From: Paramoeba atlantica
Taxonomy: Eukaryota > Protista > Discosea
Direction of reading: 5' to 3'
NCBI GenBank assembly: GCA_977017575.1
Contig: CDRNVI010000067.1
Location: forward strand, 1-64,000
DNA: 64,000 nucleotides
Made by a program: the position numbers and the translations under genes. Under the pieces are notes generated by a model that made no database searches, was not told the origin of the DNA, and saw only the letters and a program-made list of their open reading frames with translations. Of the stretch, positions 1-8,436 are shown piece after piece. Every line of letters starts with the position of its first letter. Position 1 is the stretch's first letter.

Positions 1-174
1 CCCCTAGCCCCCCCTAGCCCCCCTAGCCTCCCGGGCCAATATTTATCATTTATTATGCATACTGTGTTCCTCTTTATACGTTCCTATGTTCCTCTTTCAC
101 TTTGTTTTCACTTTTTTCAACATTCGAGCGGTAGTATGCACATCGAGCGGTAGTATAAACACAACCACCGTAAT
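1..174 (+). mobile_element. 3' end of the hairpin-ended non-autonomous (HINE/Helentron-like) repeat family, variant copy
   Basis: C-run/CTAG repeats (1-28), then tattatgcatactgtgttcctcttt...tcgagcggtagtat x2...acaaccaccgtaat. Homologous to 13810-13947 and 59275-59447. Confidence 0.6.
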
Positions 175-233
175 TTGCACTTTTACTAGGCAGTTCCGTC
201 TTTATTAGACACTTTTACTAGTTACTCTTATCC

Positions 234-2157
234 ATGCTCCGTGTTCGACCTCTACCTGCTGCCTCAAGCCACTCGTTCGCGGTTCCATGTTGGCTCGCTA
301 AACATTCAAGATTAAGTGTTCCGAAAAAGATTGGTTACCTTACGCTCAATCCTCTGCGAATGTCAGTTTCGTCCATTGCGTCCTCCGATATTTCCCATTC
401 TACAAGTTTTTATCAAATTCGCTCTTGTCACGACTGGACAAACGCCTTCTTGCATCACAAAGAGGAAGGTGCTTCTCGAAAGAAAAAACTTAAAGAACGA
501 AGCAAGCTAATTCCCGACAAACATGCCTTTAAAAAAGACGAAAACCATAGCACCGACAAGAAGGAAAAGCATCATTCTAAAATGAAGACGAATAAGTACG
601 TAGGCGAACCTACTACACAGAAAGCGCGAACCCACACAGAAGCCATTTCTAAAGTACATGAAAAAGGCTCATTGACTACAGAAGCAAATCCTGCAGTGAA
701 CCTCTCGGCACGCAAAAGCACCCCACAAGAGCACTCCAAGACGACAAATTCTAAATTGATTACACCTCTGTCATCCGTAAAGGAGTCACAAAACTATGCA
801 AAGGCAAAAACTAAGGGACATCAAAAGAAAAAAGCTTCTTCCTCTGTTTCGACAGTAACTTTGTCCTCGGTTGCTAAGCCAATAGGGAAGAGAAGTGTAG
901 ATATGGTGTCTGAAGACGAACCTACATCAAAGGCCCCTACAAAAAGTAGTTCTCAGGCACATTCAACGGACGCTTCTGGTAGAAAAGAAAAATCTGCGAT
1001 GAACCCTCTGACACGCAAAAACAATTCACAAGGGCCCTCCAAGGTCACGAACTCTGAAGCAAAGGCGTCACAAACCTCCGCAAACGCGAAAGTTAAGGAA
1101 CAAAAGAAAAGGGGCTCCTTGCCCTGGTTCGATTGTAAAATTGTCTTCGGTTGCAAAGCCAATGTGGAAGAGCAGTGCAGATATGGCGTCCGTGAATATA
1201 CCTGCGCCAAAGGCTCATACAAAAACTAGCTCTGGGGAGCTTGCAAAGGCCGCTTTTACTAAGGAAGAAGAACCTGCCGTGAAGCTCAAGACACGTAAAC
1301 GCAATCCACAAAAACACTCCAAGGTGGCTATCATTGATGTAATTGCATCTTCGTCACCCATAGAGGAGTTACAATGCTTCGCAAATGTGAAAACGAAGAA
1401 AGAAAAGAAGAAAGCTTCTGCCCCTGTTTTGACTGCGGGGTCGCTTTCCATTGGGAAGACAATGGGGAAGAGTAGTGCAAATATGGCGTCTGTAGACGTA
1501 ACTGCACCAAAGGCTCATACCAAAATTAAATCTGAGACGCATGCGAAGGGTTCTTTTACTAAAGAAGCAAAACCTGCGGTGAACCTTTCTGCACGCAAAA
1601 ACAATCCGCAAGTAGAAAATTGTAAAGTGATTGCATCTCCGTCATCCGTAAAAGAATCACAAAATTCTGTGAAAACAAATGCTAAGGAAAAAAGCGTAGG
1701 TACTAAGAAAAAGCTTCCGCTCCTGTTTCGACATTGAAATCGCCTTCCATTGCAAAGCCCGTGAGGGAAAACAGTGCAGATATCGCGAAGAGCCCAAGAG
1801 AGCTCTCCTTGTCGTTTTTCTCCTTGCTCTGCTATTTGCGCCACAGGCTGTAAGATTGCCCACTTTCTACGTGTCTATGGCTTGGGAGGTATGCTTCTTT
1901 ACTCTTTTCTACATTTTGGCACTTCCGTGGCTTTATTGATTGCATTGTTGTTAGGAATCGATGTGATTGCTCTTTTTCGTTCCTATGATATTCCGCTAAC
2001 CGTGGCTACAGAACCCGAGGGAGACATGCTGACAAAGATTTGGTTTGCCGATGCTTTAAGCAACTCGTTTATTCCACTGTACCTTGCGTCCACGGTTTTG
2101 CTTTCTCCCTTTTATGCACCCACGCTAAGTCGTGCTGTACTGAATCTATTTAGGTAG
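234..2157 (+). pseudogene. Frameshifted FAM210/DUF1279-like paralog with a K/S-rich ~290-bp tandem repeat region
   Basis: ORFs 234-1229, 1141-1737 and 1774-2157 continue one repeat unit (KKKASxxVS..S+AKP..KxSxDM) across frames. The C-terminal YGLGGMLLYSFLHF...LGIDVI...FIPLYLASTVLLSP closely matches the intact gene at 2654-3391. Confidence 0.6.
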
Positions 2158-2653
2158 ATAGCATCATTAAATAGAGCTGCAACATGGCAAGGAATGAACC
2201 ATTTCATTCTCGTCACTTAGCACGAAGTAAAGAAATCCAGAGAAAATCATTTTTGGGAGTACTATGTTTCGTTGTATTTCGTAGTATTTCAACAATAGTT
2301 GCTTGTGCATACAATGTAGTTTAAAAATGTGTACAGATGTAGTTTAAAAACATGTAAAGAACGGTATATCTTCACGCCTTTTTTTTGGAGGCATACGTAG
2401 CAGTTGTCTGGAGGTGAGCAAATAAATTTCCAATATCTACTTTTGCATATTTTTTCGGGACACGAGCTCGGTCGAGCACAACTGGGCATTGATTTGTTTT
2501 TGCACAAGAACTTAAAATCAGTAATGTGATCATGCACAAGTAAGCGTATCATACTGTATTCGGGCATGTAAAACTTGTAATACATGGGATATTTCAAGCG
2601 TAATTTTGTACAGTCCAGGTCAGGTTTATTATTCCCTAAACGTATTACCACCA

Positions 2654-3391
2654 ATGCTACGCGCTATTCCGAGCCGAATGTCGCATCGTGCCGCTTTTCG
2701 TTGTGTTGCAGGACATACACGTACATGTACGTTCGCCATGCAGGCTACACATTTTAGACGCCATAGCGTTATCCCACACCCGTTCGGTAACGTGCAAAAG
2801 AAACCATTGGTATCCTTGCAACTCCGTTGGAAATCGTCGCTAAACATTCCCATCTCTTCATCCCTTTCAAACAAGGGAGTTATGCAGCAGAAAAAGAAAA
2901 CCTGCTTGAAAAAGACGAAATCCAGCGACACGAATACGGCTGCCACAGAAACTATTGCGCCGAACAATGACGCCTCTAGGCAGAACGATTTTCAGACAAA
3001 ATCGACACAACTTCATACCGACTCAGCTGCTTCGATGAATTCGCAAACCGCTCCATCATCCGGCGACCCTGCCACATTGTGTTCACCCTCACTTATGGAC
3101 CAGGTGCGTAAGTATGGTTTGGGAGGCTTTCTCCTGTATTCTCTTATTCACTTCTTCTCCATGCTGCTTCTATTAGCGCTGATAGGGCTCGGTGTTGACC
3201 TTATCGGGCTCGCAAGATCTTACAATCTTCCCCTTCCTTTGGAAAGTTCTCCGGGAGGTGATCTTTTGACTCTTTTCGTATTCTGTATTGCACTGAACAA
3301 ACTTTTTGTTCCATTACATGTCTCACTCACACTCGTTCTTGCTCCACGATATGCACCCTTACTATCAAAGTGGGCTCGTTCCTTATTTTAG
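2654..3391 (+). CDS. FAM210/DUF1279-family membrane protein, probable mitochondrial presequence
   Basis: First ATG at 2654 (MLRAIPSRMSHRAAFRC, R-rich). C-terminal KYGLGGFLLYSLIHF...GVDL...ALNKLFVPLHVSLTLVLAP fits the DUF1279 pattern. Confidence 0.65.
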   Translation: MLRAIPSRMSHRAAFRCVAGHTRTCTFAMQATHFRRHSVIPHPFGNVQKKPLVSLQLRWKSSLNIPISSSLSNKGVMQQKKKTCLKKTKSSDTNTAATETIAPNNDASRQNDFQTKSTQLHTDSAASMNSQTAPSSGDPATLCSPSLMDQVRKYGLGGFLLYSLIHFFSMLLLLALIGLGVDLIGLARSYNLPLPLESSPGGDLLTLFVFCIALNKLFVPLHVSLTLVLAPRYAPLLSKWARSLF

Positions 3392-3671
3392 ACCCCCCTC
3401 TTATCTTTTTCTATTCTTAGCATTTTTTCCTCCTCTTCATTACGGCCCATGTGTCGTTACACACTATGTTATCTCATTTTTTAAAACAACGCACAGATAT
3501 CAAACCAAAACTCCTCCCCCCCCCCACCTTCCTCTTTCCTAACCCCTTTCCCCCTTTTCTCCCCATTCGCTACCCCCCATCTCTCTACTCCCTACCCTCT
3601 CCCTTTTCCATTCCACACCACCCACCCTCTATCTAACCCGCCTTACCCCCTTTTTCGCCTCCCCACCCCCC

Positions 3672-5093
3672 ATGACCTCTTCCTCCTCCCCCCTCCCCCC
3701 TCAGGAGGCACAACTCCACCACGCGGTATCCCCCCCCCACGACAACAACAGTGACACTAACGACAACACCCCGGACGACACCCACCGCAACGCCACCATC
3801 GCCTCCACCGCGGCCCACATCCTCTGCACCATGATCGGCGGCGGCCTGCTCTCCCTCCCGCTGGCCTTCGCCCAGGCCTCCCTGCTCCCCGGCATCCTCA
3901 TCACCCTCCTCAACGCCCTCCTCGCCTGCCTCTCCGTCTACTTCATCTGCAAGAGCTGCGACGCCACGCAGGTCTACTCCTTCCGCGGCCTCATCCTCCG
4001 CGCCTTCCCCCACACCAACCCGAAGCTCCTGGGGATCCTCACCGAGGGCCTCATCCTTGCCTGCAACACCTTCATCCTGATGATCTACACCACCGTGATC
4101 ACCGACGCGATGCCCGACCTGTGCCACGGGCTGTGGGGGGGCGGGGTGTGGTCCACCAAGTGGTTCTGGATGCTCACCTGCGGGGGGGTGTTCGTGGTGC
4201 TGAGCCCGATACGACGGCTGCACGAGCTGCTGGTGGTCTCCATCCTCGGGTTCGTCGCGATGATCGTGGTGTGCCTGGTGGCGTATGTGCATCTCGGGGA
4301 GGTGAGCGTGTTCCCGAGCGGGGGGGAGTTGGAGTGGTTTACGCTCGGGGATGGGGTTTTGCCGGCGTTCGCGGTGGTGTGTGCGGCGTATACGTTTCAT
4401 ATGAATATCCCGCCGTTGTATGGGGAGTTAAAGAACCCCACGACGGGACGGATGATGACCGCGACGGTGCTGTCGGTGGCGATTGGCGCAGCGATGTATA
4501 TCTCGGTGGGGGTTTGTGTGTATGTGGCGTTTGGGAAGAGTGTGGTGATGTCCGCGGCGGCGGGGGGGAACTACCTGCGGCATTTCTCGGATACCCATGG
4601 GTGGGCGAATGCGGCGCGTGGGATGATTGTGTTTCACATTATTTGCGCGTTTCCGATTTTTGCCATCGTCGCGCGACGCTCGTGGTACATTATGATGACG
4701 GGGAACGAGCAGGAAGAAAGTTTGTGGAAGCGAGTGGTGATGGGAGTGACTTTGGTCGTGTTCGCGGTGTGCATCACGTTGGTGATTCCGGGACTGGGGG
4801 TACTGATGGCGTTCACCGGGGCCCTGTTCGGGACCTCCATTGAGTTTATCCTCCCTGCCCTGTTTTACTATCGGTTGCACGGCTCAAAGCCGTTGGAGAA
4901 CAGGCACGCGGAGGAAACCACGGAAGAAAAGGCAGGCGAAGTTGCGATCCCTTGCGAGCCCGTAAAGAAGACGTCGTTGGTACAAGTCGCCGTGGGAAGT
5001 CGAGGGATGCGCTATGCTGCCATTGCCGTGGCACTTTTCGGGGTGGTGGATATGGGAGCTAGCCTTGCGGTAGTGATTAAGGATTTGTGTTAG
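3672..5093 (+). CDS. Amino-acid transporter (AAAP/SLC38-like, Aa_trans)
   Basis: 473 aa with ~11 hydrophobic segments; TMIGGGLLSLPLAFAQ and AYTFHMNIPPLYGEL motifs. Confidence 0.9.
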   Translation: MTSSSSPLPPQEAQLHHAVSPPHDNNSDTNDNTPDDTHRNATIASTAAHILCTMIGGGLLSLPLAFAQASLLPGILITLLNALLACLSVYFICKSCDATQVYSFRGLILRAFPHTNPKLLGILTEGLILACNTFILMIYTTVITDAMPDLCHGLWGGGVWSTKWFWMLTCGGVFVVLSPIRRLHELLVVSILGFVAMIVVCLVAYVHLGEVSVFPSGGELEWFTLGDGVLPAFAVVCAAYTFHMNIPPLYGELKNPTTGRMMTATVLSVAIGAAMYISVGVCVYVAFGKSVVMSAAAGGNYLRHFSDTHGWANAARGMIVFHIICAFPIFAIVARRSWYIMMTGNEQEESLWKRVVMGVTLVVFAVCITLVIPGLGVLMAFTGALFGTSIEFILPALFYYRLHGSKPLENRHAEETTEEKAGEVAIPCEPVKKTSLVQVAVGSRGMRYAAIAVALFGVVDMGASLAVVIKDLC

Positions 5094-5488
5094 AAATAGT
5101 AAATCATGAGGTAATGTACTTGGACTAAAACGGTGTTAAGAGAATGTAAGTCGATGAGCGTAAAAATCAGTTTGGGCGGTTTTCCTTTAGTATCTTTCGT
5201 GTCAGCTAAAATTTTCATGGTTACTGTATTTATTTTTATAAGCACCTAGTAAAAAGTTATCCCATTATTTCTTTTCCCAAAGACGATTTCATCTGATTCT
5301 TTAACATTTGAACTGCATTTCTTCAAAAATTTCATTTTTACACTATTATTACATGCTTTTTGTTCCTTTGTTTTTTGGGCTAGCTTCAGTGGCCTTCGCA
5401 CCGTCCCATCAAACTTCACTTTTTAGCTGTTACCTCTTTTATTGAATGCCGTCTTGCATTTCATTTTTGACACTTTTTTTCTTCCTTC

Positions 5489-6379
5489 ATGTGCCACGTT
5501 CTTTGTAAGGACGACGGTTCGGATCTTAAACTTGGACGGGTTAATCTTTCACTCGTTCCGCAGGAGATTCTTATGGAGCGCTTTATTGATGGGTTGCATG
5601 TCACACCACCGTCTTGGAAGTTTACGAAGAAACGATATTTAGGACTTTCCTCTACCCATGTATCGATTTGCACCTGGGAAGGCATTATTTGCGACAAGGA
5701 TCAAATCGTTCGGCGGGTTCTTTCTGGTAGTCATAATCTTGCAGGATCCTTGCATTATCAGTATTTGCCTCGAGGTGTCCACGAGCTCCGAATTGGTCGC
5801 AAGGGACCTGATATTAGCGGAGATCTTGATTTGCTATTTCTTCCCGAATCATTAAAAATAATGTCGGTACAAGGCAATGCACATAACAGCACAATCTCAC
5901 TGGGAAGTCTTCCTAGCTCGTTAACTCTTTTAAACGTTTCCGACAATCAACTCCACGGAGAGCTTGATCTCACACATTTGCCGGATAATTTAACGCATTT
6001 GCTACTCAATATGAATCTATTTTCAGGTAGTATTTCTCTTACCCAACTACCAGAAAAATTGAAAGTGTTACGACTAGACCATAATCATATTGAAGGCCCT
6101 GTAGATCTCACTTCTCTTCCCCCGAACTTGACAGATCTGATCCTTGTGCAAAACAGGTTTTCCGGCACCATCTCCCTAGAAAAGCTTCCTCTAAGTCTTC
6201 TGAGGATGCGGCTAGATACGAATCGTTTGCAAGGCCCTCTGAATCTACAACCTTTGGCACGTTACGAATTTCTTTTTGGTTTCTCGTTCTTGGAAAATTA
6301 CTTTTCAAAAGACGATGCAGCGACCGCTCCATATGGGTTTCAATTAGGATCCCAGCGTCAACCTCTAAAGAAGTGCTGA
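5489..6379 (+). CDS. Leucine-rich repeat protein (LPxxLxxLxLxxNxxxG type)
   Basis: Repeats of LxLxxLPxxLxxLxLxxNxFSG; N-terminal LGRVNLSLVPQEILMERFI and ICTWEGIIC cap. Confidence 0.9.
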   Translation: MCHVLCKDDGSDLKLGRVNLSLVPQEILMERFIDGLHVTPPSWKFTKKRYLGLSSTHVSICTWEGIICDKDQIVRRVLSGSHNLAGSLHYQYLPRGVHELRIGRKGPDISGDLDLLFLPESLKIMSVQGNAHNSTISLGSLPSSLTLLNVSDNQLHGELDLTHLPDNLTHLLLNMNLFSGSISLTQLPEKLKVLRLDHNHIEGPVDLTSLPPNLTDLILVQNRFSGTISLEKLPLSLLRMRLDTNRLQGPLNLQPLARYEFLFGFSFLENYFSKDDAATAPYGFQLGSQRQPLKKC

Positions 6380-6395
6380 AAGCACGTTTCACGAG

Positions 6396-7040
6396 TACCG
6401 TATACCCCCCCAGTAGTAGACCCCCCCAGTAACAAGGATTTGACCCTTTTTTGGCCGACCCCCAGTAACAAGGATTTGGCTCGGGAGGGTCGCTGGAGGG
6501 GGGAGGGGGTGTTTGAGGGGGGTGCGGGCGGTTGCGCGGGAGCGAATTGCGTAGTTGCGGGATTGGCTGGACAGAAAATCAACGCTCTCATGAACAAAAA
6601 AGACCTTTTCCCACCAAAAAAGCATACCCCCCAGTAACAAGGATTTGGCTCGGGAGGGTCGCTGGAGGGGGGGAGGGGGTGTTTGAGGGGGGTGCGGGCG
6701 GTTGCGCGGGAGCGAATTGCGTAGTTGCGGGATTGGCTGGACAGAAAATCAACGCTCTCATGAACAAAAAAGACCTTTTCCCACCAAAAAAGCATACCCC
6801 CCAGTAACAAGGACTTGGCTCGGGAGGGTCGCTGGAGAGGGGGAGGGGGTGTTTGAGGGGGGTGCGGGCGGTTGCGCGGGAGCGAATTGCGTAGTTGCGG
6901 GATTGGCTGGACAGAAAATCAACGCTCTCATGAACAAAAAAGACCTTTTCTCACCAAAAAAGCATACCCCCCAGTAACAAGGATTTGATCATTTTGGTCC
7001 AAAATCGATTCTTACACTGGGGAGGGGGTACAGGGTATAG
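6396..7040. mobile_element. MITE-like element carrying an internal 170-bp tandem array
   Basis: Left end TACCGTATACCCCCCAGTA is the reverse complement of the right end of the related copy at 38101-38121. The right end here (7011-7040) is degenerate. Confidence 0.5.
6461..6990. repeat. 170-bp G-rich tandem repeat, ~3.1 copies
   Basis: Unit ccagtaacaaggatttggctcgggagggtcgctgg... restarts at ~6462, 6631, 6801 and 6971; near identical. Confidence 0.95.
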
Positions 7041-7148
7041 GAATGTGTTTTTGCGAATAATAGTAGAGGGGCAAGTAAAGTTTAAGAAGATTATAGATAT
7101 ATACACCTTTTTCTTTGCCTTTTGTTTAGCACACTTACTATCACCCGA

Positions 7149-8297
7149 ATGTCCATAAGACCATCTCATGCCTCTTTTTCAAGGCTTCCGCCCAACTTCG
7201 TCTTTTTGAATAGGACTCGATCTCAATCCACCCTTACATCACCTACTCCTCATTTGTTAGGGGCATTGACTTCTGCCTCTCCTCACAATAAAATTCCCGT
7301 GACTCGTTCCGACGCTGGAGATTACGTGCGGCATTATTTCCGACCTGAACTGGCTATTCCGGGCCTGAAACCCTCTTTGAATATTGTAGACTTGGGGGCC
7401 ATTCACGGAGAGAACCTCCATGAGGCCTACACCTTTCAGGACTTTACTTTAGCCGAGTTAGAGGCGACGGGGGATAAGCTGCTTGGGTGGCGTGTCCAGG
7501 GAAACAGCGAGGCGACGCGCCGAAAACTTCACTACCGCGAGCTCTATTGTGGCCCATTGCTGCGCTCCATGACGCGAAACTACCACGAACCCACGGAATG
7601 CACAAAACAAGCCAATGAGACTAAATCAACGAATGAAACCACCGTTCCAGATGATTCCACCCCGATATTAAAAACAAGCGAAAACGAACACAAAAACACC
7701 GAAAAAACATCTGCAGAGCCCGCGGCTTCGAAATCACTCACTCCAACGCAAACACTCAAATGCTCTCTGCCCAACACAGCGGAGTGCCGCCCCTCTGTCT
7801 CTCGCCACGGCCTCCTGGACGCGGAGCTGCACGTCGCGTTCCGCATCTACGACCCCGTGATTCCCTCCTTGCTTGCGCCCGGGGAGATTAACGAGTACCT
7901 TGGGGTGATGTATCCCGTGCTGGAGCTCACCGCATGTCGGTACCCCCTGCGCCCCACCAACGTACCCGCCCATGTGGCGGATATGGCCGGCGCAGGGTTT
8001 GTGTTTTTCGGGGACCCAATCCCAAGCGAGAAGTGGGCAGGGCTCGAACTCAGCGAGCTCAAAGCTGTGCTGCTGCACAATAATATCCCTGTGGCGATTG
8101 GGAAGAGTTCCGCCGTCGTGGGTACGGTAATGAGTGCGATTAAATTTATCGCACGCCATTTGAAAAGTCGTCCACGGCCGCTCCAGGAGAACCAGGTGGT
8201 GTTGTGTGGCTCCATGGGGTGCACACAGGTGAAACCGGGGCACATCACGGCGCACTACGGCCCACTGGGGTGTGTAGAGGCGTTGGTGGATGAGTAA
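7149..8297 (+). CDS. MhpD/HpcG-like hydratase/decarboxylase (fumarylacetoacetate hydrolase superfamily), probable mitochondrial presequence
   Basis: GWRVQG, ELYCGPL, DAELHVAF, YPVLELTACR, VADMAGAG, GKSSAVVG, QVVLCGS follow the FAH/MhpD motif order. R/S-rich N-terminus. Confidence 0.7.
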   Translation: MSIRPSHASFSRLPPNFVFLNRTRSQSTLTSPTPHLLGALTSASPHNKIPVTRSDAGDYVRHYFRPELAIPGLKPSLNIVDLGAIHGENLHEAYTFQDFTLAELEATGDKLLGWRVQGNSEATRRKLHYRELYCGPLLRSMTRNYHEPTECTKQANETKSTNETTVPDDSTPILKTSENEHKNTEKTSAEPAASKSLTPTQTLKCSLPNTAECRPSVSRHGLLDAELHVAFRIYDPVIPSLLAPGEINEYLGVMYPVLELTACRYPLRPTNVPAHVADMAGAGFVFFGDPIPSEKWAGLELSELKAVLLHNNIPVAIGKSSAVVGTVMSAIKFIARHLKSRPRPLQENQVVLCGSMGCTQVKPGHITAHYGPLGCVEALVDE

Positions 8298-8436
8298 CAG
8301 TTTTTTAAACCACCATGGATTATGCCAGCTAGGCCAAGTACTTTAGCGACACATAAAAACATTTGAAACACCTTGGCTTTTTATTTACCCTTTTTCAACT
8401 TAGTGCTTGATTTTCTTGCTCCTCATTTTTATCCTA

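Noticed and set aside
1-28. CCCTAG repeats as a telomere
   Set aside because: Irregular C-run lengths, and the following sequence matches the internal microsatellite and 3' end of the HINE-like family.
2609-2620. TACAGTCCAGGT matching the 20770 TIR start
   Set aside because: 12-nt match only, with no partner end or further homology.
3633-4400. Long minus-strand ORFs opposite GC-rich genes (also 26611-27387, 8833-9207, 4121-4843)
   Set aside because: Shadow ORFs caused by the extreme codon skew; no recognisable domains.
6461-6990. CRISPR array (also considered 58183-58530 and 59869-59965)
   Set aside because: Whole units repeat with no unique spacers, no cas genes, eukaryotic context.
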